From sequence record PX418213.1: a DNA stretch of 64,000 bases; one strand, given 5' to 3'. Position numbers and translations under genes: made by a program. The notes beneath the pieces were generated by a model that saw only the letters and a program-made list of their open reading frames with translations, searched no databases and was not told where the DNA came from. The DNA is from a phage. Shown one piece after another: positions 35,300-45,255 of this stretch (position 1 is its first letter; every line of letters starts with the position of its first letter).

Positions 35300-36059
35300 A
35301 CTGAACTGGAACGTAGAAGGTGTAACCGAGTCTCTGAAAGCAAAAGCCACTGCTCTGGGTGTTGCTGTAATCTCTCAAGAACAAGTAGCTGCTATCGCTG
35401 CTGAACTGGCCGCTGAAACTGGCAAAGATGTTACTGCTCGCTCTGTTGGCTCTAAACTGCGTAAAGAAGGTTTTGAAGTACAGAAAGCTAACGAAGTACA
35501 GAAATCCCCGTGGACTCCTGAGCAGGAAGCTGAACTGGTTGATTTCCTGAACGCTCATGCTGGTCAGTATACCTATGCTGAGATCGCTGCTGCTGTAGCT
35601 GGTGGTCAGTTCGGTGCTAAACAGGTACAGGGTAAGATTCTGAGTCTGGAAATGACCGCTTCTGTTAAACCAACCGAAAAAGCTGCTGCTGTTCGTTCCT
35701 TCACTCCGGATGAAGAAACTGATTTTGTTAATCAGGTTGTTGCTGGTGCTACTATTGAAGCTATCGCTGCTCACTTCGGTCGCAATATTAAGCAGATCCG
35801 CGGTAAAGCTCTGAGTCTGCTTCGTGAAGGTCGTATCGCTGCTATGCCAGTACAGGAAACTTCAAGTGCTAAAACTCGTGAAGATCTGTTAGAAGGTCTG
35901 GATCTGGTTAACATGACTGTTGCTGAGATCGCTGAGAAAACTGGTAAGTCTGAGCGCGGTGTTAAATCTATGCTGTCTCGTCGTGGTCTGGTTGCTAAGG
36001 ACTATGATGGTGCCGCTAAGCGTGCTAAACTGGATGCAAAAGCTGCGGCTGCTGAATAA
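35292..36059 (+). CDS. abundant Ala-rich DNA-binding-like protein
   Basis: Strongly E. coli-optimal codon usage; two internally similar halves; position upstream of the replicative helicase. Function inferred. Confidence 0.45.
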   Translation: MSKLNWNVEGVTESLKAKATALGVAVISQEQVAAIAAELAAETGKDVTARSVGSKLRKEGFEVQKANEVQKSPWTPEQEAELVDFLNAHAGQYTYAEIAAAVAGGQFGAKQVQGKILSLEMTASVKPTEKAAAVRSFTPDEETDFVNQVVAGATIEAIAAHFGRNIKQIRGKALSLLREGRIAAMPVQETSSAKTREDLLEGLDLVNMTVAEIAEKTGKSERGVKSMLSRRGLVAKDYDGAAKRAKLDAKAAAAE

Positions 36060-36141
36060 TCTGGTAAATTAAACCTAAGGGGAGGGGGCTATGCTCCTTC
36101 CCCTTTTTGCATTTAGAAGGCACGAAAGCGTGCAAAGGAGA

Positions 36142-37614
36142 ATGACCTTGTTTAACGTGCAAGCTGTAGTGTTGAAGATGCTTCTAGCTTCCGAACAGAA
36201 GCAAATAGCATTGGAAACATTCTCAAAACTGCATAAAGATCATTTTAATGACGCTTTCTCCTCAATTTACCAAGCCGTCCAGAATTATTATAAAAAATAT
36301 AACACAATGCCGTCCATTGACGCACTTATGCTTGAAGCTAATAGGAACGCCCGCCTTTCTCAAGCTCTAGTCGTCTTAGCTAACACTCAAATTCCAGAAG
36401 TGAGCATGGAACAGGCACTTGAAGTCCTAGAAGCCGAATATACACAGGATTTATTCCTGAAGCTTCTAGAAACAGACGTGCTTCAAGATTTAACAATGCT
36501 GGATCAGGGAGAAATTCTCAACCGAGTTGCCTCCCTTCACTTAAAATTAGAAGAGAAAGTAACGAATACTGGAAAAGTATTCAACGCAGATAACATGCGT
36601 ATTTTCCAGAGAGAAGAAGATACCAAACTGAACTTAATCGCTCTTGGTATTTGTAATGAGTTCGACGCTCAAATTGGTTTAGCTCGCACAGAAACGTTAC
36701 TGCTTGGTGGTTGGCGTGGTACTGGTAAATCCATTATCTGTTCAAACATACAGGTTCAGCAATATTTGAATGGGGATATTGCTCCATACTTCTCAATTGA
36801 GATGAAAGAACATGAGGTATTTAGACGTAATCTAGCCATGTTAGCTGGTGTATCAGCATTAGCAATGCGTAATAATACTCTAGAAGGTGCAGCTCTGTTG
36901 AGATTAGCCAGAACTAGAGCTAGAATGTTTAATGGTGGTGAAGAGCTTTTCGATAACTTCGTTAAACAGTACACAATGGCTAAGATGAGTGATTTCTACG
37001 ATATGGAGAGTAAGCTAATAGAAGGATATGAGCTACATACTCCTATGATTATTGTTTATGACCCTGAGCTGTCTATTACAACAGTTGACGTAGAATTAAA
37101 TAAATTAGTTGCTAGATATGGTGATAAAGTTACAGTAGCTTTACTGGACTATATTAACCAAACCCGACTTCCAGACTCTAAAACCATTGATATGTATGAC
37201 TGGAAAGAACAGATGGTTGTCAGCTCGTCTTTCAAATCTATCTGCCAGAAACATAACGTGGCTGGTGTAGCTCCTTACCAGATCGATCAAGATGGTAGAA
37301 CACGTATGTCAAAGGGGATTCTTGATTCCGCAGACATGGCTGCTAATCTTAATGCTGCAAAAGCTGATAATGGTCAAGGTGCTATTATGTTTGACTTCGT
37401 TAAGACTCGTTCTTCTGATAGCGTGAAGTTTATGCCTAAAATGAACTGGGAAACTCTGCGAATGGATAACACTACCAACCTAGCAATGGAAGATATATCT
37501 CAAATGGAAGCTGAGTTCGTTATCCCTATTGAGAAGGATAAGCCGGCTCAACCTAAACGTGCTAAGAAAGACAAAACTGAAAATTCAACAGGTGAACAGG
37601 CCAGCGATATATGA
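36142..37614 (+). CDS. DnaB-family replicative DNA helicase
   Basis: Walker A (LLGGWRGTGKS); start at ATG 36142 after AAGGAG (track start 36091 lacks an SD). Confidence 0.65.
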   Translation: MTLFNVQAVVLKMLLASEQKQIALETFSKLHKDHFNDAFSSIYQAVQNYYKKYNTMPSIDALMLEANRNARLSQALVVLANTQIPEVSMEQALEVLEAEYTQDLFLKLLETDVLQDLTMLDQGEILNRVASLHLKLEEKVTNTGKVFNADNMRIFQREEDTKLNLIALGICNEFDAQIGLARTETLLLGGWRGTGKSIICSNIQVQQYLNGDIAPYFSIEMKEHEVFRRNLAMLAGVSALAMRNNTLEGAALLRLARTRARMFNGGEELFDNFVKQYTMAKMSDFYDMESKLIEGYELHTPMIIVYDPELSITTVDVELNKLVARYGDKVTVALLDYINQTRLPDSKTIDMYDWKEQMVVSSSFKSICQKHNVAGVAPYQIDQDGRTRMSKGILDSADMAANLNAAKADNGQGAIMFDFVKTRSSDSVKFMPKMNWETLRMDNTTNLAMEDISQMEAEFVIPIEKDKPAQPKRAKKDKTENSTGEQASDI

Positions 37615-38501
37615 GTAGAATAACAGAACTACTTGATCTGAAAGGCATTGAATATAAAGACACAGGTGGGGACATCCTCATCTGTTGTCTCAATCCAGAT
37701 CATGACGATAAACACCCAAGTTTGCGTATTGATCCTGAAACAGGTATTATGCACTGCTTGAGTTGTGGCTTCGGTAAAGGTATACCGAGCATTTACCATT
37801 ATTTTAATGAGACTCAGTACCGACAGTCCCCAAGACTATCGCAGGTACGCAAAAAGATTTCAGAGATTAGGAATGGATCAACGAATCTTGCAATTCCTGA
37901 ATCTGCTTACCTTTTCGAAGGTGATTTCCGAGGTATAAGTTCTAAGACCTTGAAGAAATATTTTGCTTTCCAACACCAAGCAGACTGGGAAGGCAGAATT
38001 GTATTCCCAATCACAGATGCTGTTGGACGCAATATCCTATTTTTGGGTCGTTCTATAAACAGTTCTGCCCCTCCTAAATACTTAGTAAAACCAAAACAAG
38101 TTTCACCACCTATTTTCCCTGTACGATATAATACTCCAGTTCTTATTCTAGTTGAAGGTATCTTTGATATGCTGAACCTAGAGGATAATGGTATAGACTA
38201 TGCTTCTTGCTGCTTTGGTACACATCAGTTTACTTCGGATAACATTGCAGATAAGTTCAGCCCTTATATTATTGCTGGTGTAAAAGTTGTTGTTATCTTA
38301 CTAGATAATGATGCTTCTGGTAATAAGGCTGCACAAGCATTGGCCAAATTAATTCGCACAAAAACGCGTTTAACACCTGTAGTTGCTAACTTTCTCCTGC
38401 CTGAAGGCAAAGATCCGGGTGATTTAAACAAAGATGAAATTGATATGTTAGCAAAACGTATTGAAATTTTAGTTGCTGAATCGCTTAAAGATTTGGTATA
38501 A
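37611..38501 (+). CDS. DNA primase (zinc-binding domain plus Toprim)
   Basis: Zinc-binding Cys/His cluster (CCLNPDHDDKHPS...CLSCGFGKG) and Toprim acidic motifs (LVEGIFDMLNL, LLDNDASGNKAA). Confidence 0.75.
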   Translation: MSRITELLDLKGIEYKDTGGDILICCLNPDHDDKHPSLRIDPETGIMHCLSCGFGKGIPSIYHYFNETQYRQSPRLSQVRKKISEIRNGSTNLAIPESAYLFEGDFRGISSKTLKKYFAFQHQADWEGRIVFPITDAVGRNILFLGRSINSSAPPKYLVKPKQVSPPIFPVRYNTPVLILVEGIFDMLNLEDNGIDYASCCFGTHQFTSDNIADKFSPYIIAGVKVVVILLDNDASGNKAAQALAKLIRTKTRLTPVVANFLLPEGKDPGDLNKDEIDMLAKRIEILVAESLKDLV

Positions 38502-38563
38502 TATATTGGTAAGTTAGAGAAGAAACACTGAAGTTATACTTACTTACCAAGAGGAGATTAAAT

Positions 38564-41131
38564 TTGAAAATCGCAGTAGTTGATAAAGCTCTAAATAACA
38601 CTCGTTACGATAAACATTTCCAGCTATACGGCGAGGAAGTTGATGTATTCCATATGTGTAACGAGAAGTTATCTGGTCGTTTGCTTAAAAAGCACATTAC
38701 TATTGGAACACCAGAAAACCCATTTGATCCGAATGATTATGATTTTGTTATACTAGTAGGTGCTGAACCTTTCCTGTATTTCGCAGGTAAGAAAGGTATT
38801 GGTGACTATACTGGTAAACGTGTAGAGTATAATGGATATGCTAACTGGATTGCGAGTATCAGCCCAGCCCAGTTACACTTTAAGCCTGAAATGAAACCAG
38901 TTTTCGATGCAACAGTAGAGAATATCCACGATATTATCAATGGTCGTGAGAAGATTGCAAAAGCTGGTGATTACCGTCCTATTACTGACCCTGACGAGGC
39001 AGAAGAATATATCAAGATGGTGTATAATATGGTTATCGGACCTGTCGCATTCGACTCCGAAACCTCAGCACTATACTGTCGAGATGGTTATCTGCTTGGT
39101 GTTTCTATGTCTCACCAAGAATATCAGGGTGTATATATCGATTCTGATTGTCTCACAGAGGTTGCAGTATATTATCTCCAGAAAATTCTGGATAGTGAAA
39201 ACCACACTATTGTTTTTCACAACTTGAAGTTTGATATGCACTTTTATAAGTACCATCTGGGACTTACTTTTGATAAAGCACATAAAGAACGTAGGCTCCA
39301 TGATACCATGTTGCAGCATTATGTTCTGGATGAACGTCGTGGTACTCATGGCTTGAAATCTCTAGCAATGAAGTATACCGATATGGGTGACTATGACTTT
39401 GAACTAGATAAGTTCAAGGAGGATTACTGCAAAGCACATAAAATCAAGAAAGAAGATTTCACCTATGATTTAATTCCGTTTGATATTATGTGGCCTTACG
39501 CTGCAAAAGATACCGATGCCACCATACGTTTGCATAACTTCTTCTTACCAAAAATTGAGAAGAATGAAAAACTTTGCAGTCTGTATTATGACGTTCTAAT
39601 GCCTGGTTGCGTATTTCTCCAGCGTGTTGAGGATCGTGGTGTACCTATTTCTATTGATCGTTTAAAAGAAGCTCAGTACCAGTTAACACATAATCTGAAT
39701 AAAGCTCGTGAAAAGCTGTATACTTATCCAGAAGTCGTTCAGCTAGAGAAAGATCAGAACGAAGCGTTTAACCCAAACTCTGTTAAACAACTCCGTGTTC
39801 TTCTGTTTGATTATGTTGGCTTAACTCCAACAGGTAAATTGACGGATACTGGAGCAGACTCTACAGATGCAGAAGCTCTGAACGAACTGTCTACGCAGCA
39901 TCCAATTGCTAAAACTCTGCTAGAGATTCGTAAGCTAACTAAGCTGATCTCTACTTACGTTGAGAAGATTCTTCTGAGCATTGATGCTGATGGTTGCATT
40001 CGTACTGGCTTCCACGAACACATGACTACTTCTGGTCGTCTGAGTTCTTCTGGTAAACTGAACCTGCAACAGCTACCTCGTGATGAATCTATTATCAAGG
40101 GTTGTGTAGTAGCTCCTCCCGGGTATCGTGTAATCGCGTGGGACTTAACAACTGCGGAAGTTTATTATGCTGCTGTTCTATCTGGTGATAGAAATATGCA
40201 ACAAGTATTTATCAACATGAGAAATGAACCAGATAAATACCCTGACTTCCACTCTAACATCGCACACATGGTATTTAAGCTCCAATGCGAACCTCGTGAT
40301 GTTAAAAAGTTATTCCCAGCTCTGCGTCAGGCTGCTAAGGCAATTACCTTCGGTATTTTGTATGGTTCTGGCCCGGCTAAAGTAGCTCATTCTGTTAATG
40401 AAGCTCTTCTGGAACAAGCTGCTAAGACAGGTGAACCGTTTGTAGAGTGTACTGTTGCAGATGCTAAAGAGTACATTGAAACTTACTTCGGTCAGTTCCC
40501 GCAGCTTAAGCGTTGGATTGATAAATGTCATGACCAGATCAAGAATCATGGATTTATCTATAGTCACTTTGGTCGTAAACGTCGTCTGCATAATATCCAT
40601 TCCGAAGACCGTGGTGTTCAGGGTGAAGAAATCCGTTCTGGATTTAACGCAATCATTCAGTCTGCTTCTTCTGATAGTCTCCTTTTAGGTGCTGTAGATG
40701 CAGATAATGAGATCATTTCTCTTGGCCTAGAACAAGAGATGAAGATTGTTATGCTGGTTCATGACTCCGTAGTTGCTATTGTTCGTGAGGATTTGATCGA
40801 CCAATACAATGAAATCCTGATTCGTAATATTCAGAAAGACCGTGGTATCAGTATTCCTGGCTGTCCGATTGGTATTGATTCAGATTCTGAAACTGGAGGT
40901 TCTCGTGACTATTCTTGTGGTAAGATGAAGAAACAGCACCCATCAATCGCTTGTATTGATGATGATGAATATACTCGTTATGTCAAGGGTGTATTACTTG
41001 ATGCAGAGTTCGAGTATAAGAAACTAGCTGCAATGGATAAAGAGCATCCAGATCATAGCAAATACAAGGATGATAAGTTTATTGCTGTATGTAAAGATTT
41101 GGATAACGTGAGAAGGATTCTCGGTGCTTGA
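38564..41131 (+). CDS. DNA polymerase, family A, with 3'-5' exonuclease domain
   Basis: Exo motif (FDSETSALY), Pol A motif B (RQAAKAITFGILYGSG), motif C (VHDS); 855 aa; TTG start after GAGGAG. Confidence 0.9.
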   Translation: MKIAVVDKALNNTRYDKHFQLYGEEVDVFHMCNEKLSGRLLKKHITIGTPENPFDPNDYDFVILVGAEPFLYFAGKKGIGDYTGKRVEYNGYANWIASISPAQLHFKPEMKPVFDATVENIHDIINGREKIAKAGDYRPITDPDEAEEYIKMVYNMVIGPVAFDSETSALYCRDGYLLGVSMSHQEYQGVYIDSDCLTEVAVYYLQKILDSENHTIVFHNLKFDMHFYKYHLGLTFDKAHKERRLHDTMLQHYVLDERRGTHGLKSLAMKYTDMGDYDFELDKFKEDYCKAHKIKKEDFTYDLIPFDIMWPYAAKDTDATIRLHNFFLPKIEKNEKLCSLYYDVLMPGCVFLQRVEDRGVPISIDRLKEAQYQLTHNLNKAREKLYTYPEVVQLEKDQNEAFNPNSVKQLRVLLFDYVGLTPTGKLTDTGADSTDAEALNELSTQHPIAKTLLEIRKLTKLISTYVEKILLSIDADGCIRTGFHEHMTTSGRLSSSGKLNLQQLPRDESIIKGCVVAPPGYRVIAWDLTTAEVYYAAVLSGDRNMQQVFINMRNEPDKYPDFHSNIAHMVFKLQCEPRDVKKLFPALRQAAKAITFGILYGSGPAKVAHSVNEALLEQAAKTGEPFVECTVADAKEYIETYFGQFPQLKRWIDKCHDQIKNHGFIYSHFGRKRRLHNIHSEDRGVQGEEIRSGFNAIIQSASSDSLLLGAVDADNEIISLGLEQEMKIVMLVHDSVVAIVREDLIDQYNEILIRNIQKDRGISIPGCPIGIDSDSETGGSRDYSCGKMKKQHPSIACIDDDEYTRYVKGVLLDAEFEYKKLAAMDKEHPDHSKYKDDKFIAVCKDLDNVRRILGA

Positions 41132-41621
41132 TTTCAAATTGCCCGTATATGCTTTACGGGCGTTTGTATCAATGGAGCAAGAAGGTGATTATTCCGTAAT
41201 TACAACAAGATATAATAAATATGTGCTAGATAACAGGAAGTTGCCTGGCACTTTTTCTCAACGTAGGCTTATTCTATTTGAGAAACGGAAAGAATTACCA
41301 TACAAGCTCTACCCTATTAGAGGTAGAATATCAATGTTGTCTCAATTAGTTGGGTCAAAGCGTAACCAATTCATAGATTCTGATGGAAATCTTATTAATT
41401 GGAAGAAAACTACGTTCTATGATGTTGTCACCTCTAAAGTTTTGCATTCAGCTAGAATTTATAACGGAAAATACCAATGCTATGTAGCTAAAGTTCCATA
41501 TCCATTTGTATTATCCTATGTTCCAGCTTATATAAGCTATATTCTGGTAAATAATAGCCCTGTTATTTATCAAGTCCATCAAGAGGAGCCTGAAATTCCT
41601 AGACTTAGAATAAAATTATGA
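41124..41621 (+). CDS. hypothetical protein, AT-rich with rare codons (possible inserted ORF)
   Basis: ORF overlaps pol stop; composition and codon usage differ sharply from the flanking pol and helicase genes. Confidence 0.35.
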   Translation: MLDFKLPVYALRAFVSMEQEGDYSVITTRYNKYVLDNRKLPGTFSQRRLILFEKRKELPYKLYPIRGRISMLSQLVGSKRNQFIDSDGNLINWKKTTFYDVVTSKVLHSARIYNGKYQCYVAKVPYPFVLSYVPAYISYILVNNSPVIYQVHQEEPEIPRLRIKL

Positions 41622-42970
41622 AGGTTGTTATATCTAATAAAGCCTATTTCAAGCCCGATGATGAACTTTGGGATTATTGTAGTAAGCAAACCACTTATCA
41701 CATAGAGACAATGACTAGTAAATACCCTATTATGTATAAGAATAGTGGTGTTGTTGCTAAAGAGATTAAGTGGATTCCTATCACGCGTCTGGATTTACTA
41801 GATGCTAAAGGAGTAAAATACGAATTAGTAGATAAACGTACATTAGCTCCGGTAGATATACCAAAACCTAAGTTCAAGCTGCGTGAAGAAGACCAGCTCC
41901 CAATATATGAAGAGTGCGATGATACTTGTATTATTAATGGTAAGCCTGGATTTGGTAAAACTATCCTAGCCCTTGCACTTGCGTATAAATTTGGCCAGAA
42001 AACTCTGGTAATATGTACGAATACATCCATTCGTGAGATGTGGGCAGCAGAAGTTCGTAAATGGTTTGGGTTTGAGCCTGGTATCATAGGTTCTGGGAAA
42101 TATAACATTGATCCACCAATTGTGGTCAGTAATATTCAAACAGTGAATAAACATGCGAATAATCTTTCTAAAGTATTCGGTACTGTTATAGTTGATGAAG
42201 TTCATCATTGTGTGGCTACAACTTTCACTAACTTCCTAGAAATATCATGTGCTCGCTATAAGATTGGACTATCCGGTACATTAAAACGAAAAGATGGTCT
42301 ACAAGTTATGTTCAAAGATTTCTTTGGATATAAGATCTTTAGCCCACCGGTTAATAATACTGTTGCACCTACAATCCATAGGTACTCCGTGCCTGTTGAG
42401 TTATCAGGAAACCAAAACGTACCATGGGCATTACGTGCTAATGATGTGTACAATCATCCTGAGTATCGAGAGACTATTATAAACCTGGCACACTTATACG
42501 TGAATATGGGGCATAAAGTACTCATTGTAAGTGACAGAACAGAGTTAATCCAAACAGTACTAGAAGCTCTTGCACAGCGTGGTGTTACAACATATGAAAT
42601 TATAGGGGCAACCCACTTAGATGACCGATTAAAAATCCAGGAAGATATAGCAAAAGGTGGACCTTGTGTACTTGCAGCAGCTCAAAGTATCTTCTCTGAA
42701 GGTATTTCTCTTAATGAGTTGTCTTGTTTAATAATGGGAAGTCTTATTAATAATGAGTCTCTCATTGAACAGCTTGCAGGACGTGTTCAACGTATTGTCG
42801 ATGGTAAACTCGACCCTATTGTTGTAGATCTAATCATGAAAGGTGGCACTGGACTAAGACAGGCTTCTGGACGTATGGCAGTATATCGTAACAATGGGTG
42901 GAAAACTATTACCATGACTCCGGAGAAAGCAGTTCAATTAGCTAAAATTGCATTTGGCAACAGCTCATAA
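41618..42970 (+). CDS. SF2 DNA helicase (DEAH-type)
   Basis: Walker A (GKPGFGKT), DEVH box (VIVDEVHHC), helicase C-terminal blocks. Confidence 0.75.
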   Translation: MKVVISNKAYFKPDDELWDYCSKQTTYHIETMTSKYPIMYKNSGVVAKEIKWIPITRLDLLDAKGVKYELVDKRTLAPVDIPKPKFKLREEDQLPIYEECDDTCIINGKPGFGKTILALALAYKFGQKTLVICTNTSIREMWAAEVRKWFGFEPGIIGSGKYNIDPPIVVSNIQTVNKHANNLSKVFGTVIVDEVHHCVATTFTNFLEISCARYKIGLSGTLKRKDGLQVMFKDFFGYKIFSPPVNNTVAPTIHRYSVPVELSGNQNVPWALRANDVYNHPEYRETIINLAHLYVNMGHKVLIVSDRTELIQTVLEALAQRGVTTYEIIGATHLDDRLKIQEDIAKGGPCVLAAAQSIFSEGISLNELSCLIMGSLINNESLIEQLAGRVQRIVDGKLDPIVVDLIMKGGTGLRQASGRMAVYRNNGWKTITMTPEKAVQLAKIAFGNSS

Positions 42971-43053
42971 ATGATGTATAATATATACATAAATTTGAGA
43001 GAGAAAGTTTCGGATTGATAAGAAAGTCCGAAGCAGAAAAATAAAAATTTTAG

Positions 43054-43083
43054 TTGCTAAATTCTCTCGAAATCTAGTATAAT
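43054..43083 (+). promoter_or_regulatory. sigma70-like promoter (plus strand)
   Basis: TTGCTAaattctctcgaaatctagTATAAT; another TATAAT at about 42976-42981. Confidence 0.45.
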
Positions 43084-43190
43084 ATATACATAAATTCGAG
43101 GAGAAAACAAAAATTAAATTCTTCGATTATGAAAAGCTATACTTACTAGCTAGAGGAAATTCCGACCTAATTATTAAGTTATTCAAAAGA

Positions 43191-43475
43191 ATGCTTACAG
43201 AGCCTGATGCTCACCAATTATTGGTCGGTTCCTCATTCATTTTGAATGAATCAACAATAGTTGATAATCCAAATAAATTGTCTAATAGACAACTGGCAGA
43301 ATATCTAGGAATTTTAAGTCTACGAAATTATGCCGAATACAAGTTTACAAACGATCCTAGTTTGGACATACAATATGTTCCAGTATGGATACCACGTTTA
43401 GTAATCGACATTAACCCACTAATCGCAATTAACAAATCGAAATTAATCTTTAAAGAGGAAATAAAATATGGCTAA
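43191..43475 (+). CDS. hypothetical protein (94 aa)
   Basis: ORF track; AT-rich. Confidence 0.35.
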   Translation: MLTEPDAHQLLVGSSFILNESTIVDNPNKLSNRQLAEYLGILSLRNYAEYKFTNDPSLDIQYVPVWIPRLVIDINPLIAINKSKLIFKEEIKYG

Positions 43476-44241
43476 GTCTTGGGGCGAAACTACTGGCGGT
43501 TCTAACGATAAAATCGAATTCCTGAAGTTCAACAACGGTATCACTCGTGTTCGTATCGTTTCTGGTGTTCTTCCACGTTATGTTTATTGGCTGACTAATA
43601 AAGACGGTAACGCAGCTCCTTTCGAGTGTCTCCGTTTTAACCGTGACAAAGAGAGCTTTGTTCGTGGTAAAGCTGATCCGGTTCATGAGATGGGCTTCTT
43701 CGAGAAAGAGCTGGATAAAGATGGTAATCGTGTTCCGCTGAAACCGAAGAAAAACTATATCGCTTTTGTTATCGACCGTTCTGATAACAAACTGAAAGTA
43801 ATGGAAGTCAAGGCTACTATTCTGAAAGGCATCCAGTCTATCATGAAGCAGTTGAGCCTGGCAACTCCATTTGATATTGATATTTCTATCGAGAAAAAAG
43901 GTAAAGGTTTCGATACTGAGTATGATGTACAGCAGATTGCTGCTATGCAGTTCCAGATTAAGCTGCAAGATCCTAACAGTGCGGAATCCAAGCAATATGC
44001 TGCGGATGTAGATCTGATCGGTGAAGCTATGTGTGATGAAGATGGCGACATCATTAAGTTCGAAAAAGTTCCTTCTCTGGAACAAACCTATCCGGTTCCT
44101 ACCTATGAAGAGCAGAAAGAAGCAATTCTAGCCTTCATGGAGGGTCGTGAGAATAAAGATGATGATGCCAAATCTGGTAATAGCAATGCAGGCTCCCAGA
44201 AAGGTATTGACTCAGAAGCTGCAAGCGATCTGGACGACTAA
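43468..44241 (+). CDS. putative ssDNA-binding protein (acidic C-terminal tail)
   Basis: Highly optimal codon usage; acidic C-terminus (...DSEAASDLDD); location in the replication module; strong terminator downstream. Function inferred. Confidence 0.4.
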   Translation: MAKSWGETTGGSNDKIEFLKFNNGITRVRIVSGVLPRYVYWLTNKDGNAAPFECLRFNRDKESFVRGKADPVHEMGFFEKELDKDGNRVPLKPKKNYIAFVIDRSDNKLKVMEVKATILKGIQSIMKQLSLATPFDIDISIEKKGKGFDTEYDVQQIAAMQFQIKLQDPNSAESKQYAADVDLIGEAMCDEDGDIIKFEKVPSLEQTYPVPTYEEQKEAILAFMEGRENKDDDAKSGNSNAGSQKGIDSEAASDLDD

Positions 44242-44248
44242 TAAATAG

Positions 44249-44271
44249 AGGGGCTTCGGCCCCTTTCTTTT
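44249..44271 (+). terminator. rho-independent terminator with UUCG-type loop after the putative SSB gene
   Basis: aggggc-ttcg-gcccct followed by ttcttttt. Confidence 0.6.
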
Positions 44272-44277
44272 TAACCA

Positions 44278-45255
44278 ATGAGAATATTATTTAGTGCTGA
44301 TCATCATATCAAACTAGGACAAGATAAAGTTCCAAAGGAATGGCAGAAGCGTCGCTTCCTGATGCTAGGAGAACGGTTAAATGATATATTCCATAATCAT
44401 AACTGTGATCTTCATATTGCTGGTGGTGATATACTTGATGTTGCCGACCCGTCGTCAGAAGAAATAGAACTGCTTGAACAGTTCATGTCAAGACTCGACC
44501 ATCCAGGTAAAATCTTTACTGGAAATCATGAAATGTTAACTAAAACCATTTCATGTCTATATCATTATGCAGGAGTTATTAATAAAGTAACGAGTGGGAA
44601 GTGGGAAGTAGTTACCAAACCATATCGTTCCCCTGAATTTGATATTGTTCCGTATGATGAAATCCATAAGTCTAAGTGGAAACCATCTGAATCAAAACTA
44701 TGTTTCACGCATGTTCGTGGTGAAATCCCTCCACATGTAAAACCAGAAATTGATCTAACTAAGTATAACTGTTATGATACTGTAATTGCTGGCGATTTAC
44801 ATTCTTATACTAATAGCCAGACTATCGGGTCTACTAGACTCCTCTACCCAGGATCCCCATTAACTACATCGTTTCATAGAGAACGCACAAAAGGTACAAA
44901 TGGTTGTTTTATCATTGATACCGACACATTAAAAGTAGAATGGATTGAACTCGGTGATTTACCACAACTGATTCGTAAAACAATCGGAGCTGGTGAAGAG
45001 ATGGAACCTAGTGATTATGATCGTGTAGTCTATGAAGTTACTGGTGACGTTGTTCAATTAAAGTCTATTAAAGACTCTGATTTATTAGATAAGAAGATTA
45101 ACCATCGAGTTACTAAAGATGCTAAGTTAAATCTTGTTGATCTTGATATGTTAGGTGAACTTGAACTTTACTTCCGTGAAGTCGAGAAGCTATCTCAAGG
45201 CGACATTGATAGAATCTTGGCTAGAGCTGCGAAATATGTCAAAGATTACAATTAA
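44278..45255 (+). CDS. SbcD/Mre11-like nuclease (calcineurin-like phosphoesterase)
   Basis: Metallophosphoesterase motifs (SADHH, FTGNHE, GDLH); immediately upstream of the SbcC-like ATPase. Confidence 0.7.
   Translation: MRILFSADHHIKLGQDKVPKEWQKRRFLMLGERLNDIFHNHNCDLHIAGGDILDVADPSSEEIELLEQFMSRLDHPGKIFTGNHEMLTKTISCLYHYAGVINKVTSGKWEVVTKPYRSPEFDIVPYDEIHKSKWKPSESKLCFTHVRGEIPPHVKPEIDLTKYNCYDTVIAGDLHSYTNSQTIGSTRLLYPGSPLTTSFHRERTKGTNGCFIIDTDTLKVEWIELGDLPQLIRKTIGAGEEMEPSDYDRVVYEVTGDVVQLKSIKDSDLLDKKINHRVTKDAKLNLVDLDMLGELELYFREVEKLSQGDIDRILARAAKYVKDYN

Noticed and set aside
35265-35774. Minus-strand 169-aa ORF antisense to the Ala-rich DNA-binding-like gene
   Set aside because: Ser/Phe-rich translation opposite a gene with strongly optimised codon usage; classic antisense ORF.
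43450-44085. Minus-strand ORFs 43450..44085 and 43755..44054
   Set aside because: Antisense to the codon-optimised putative SSB gene; no promoter or SD in that orientation.
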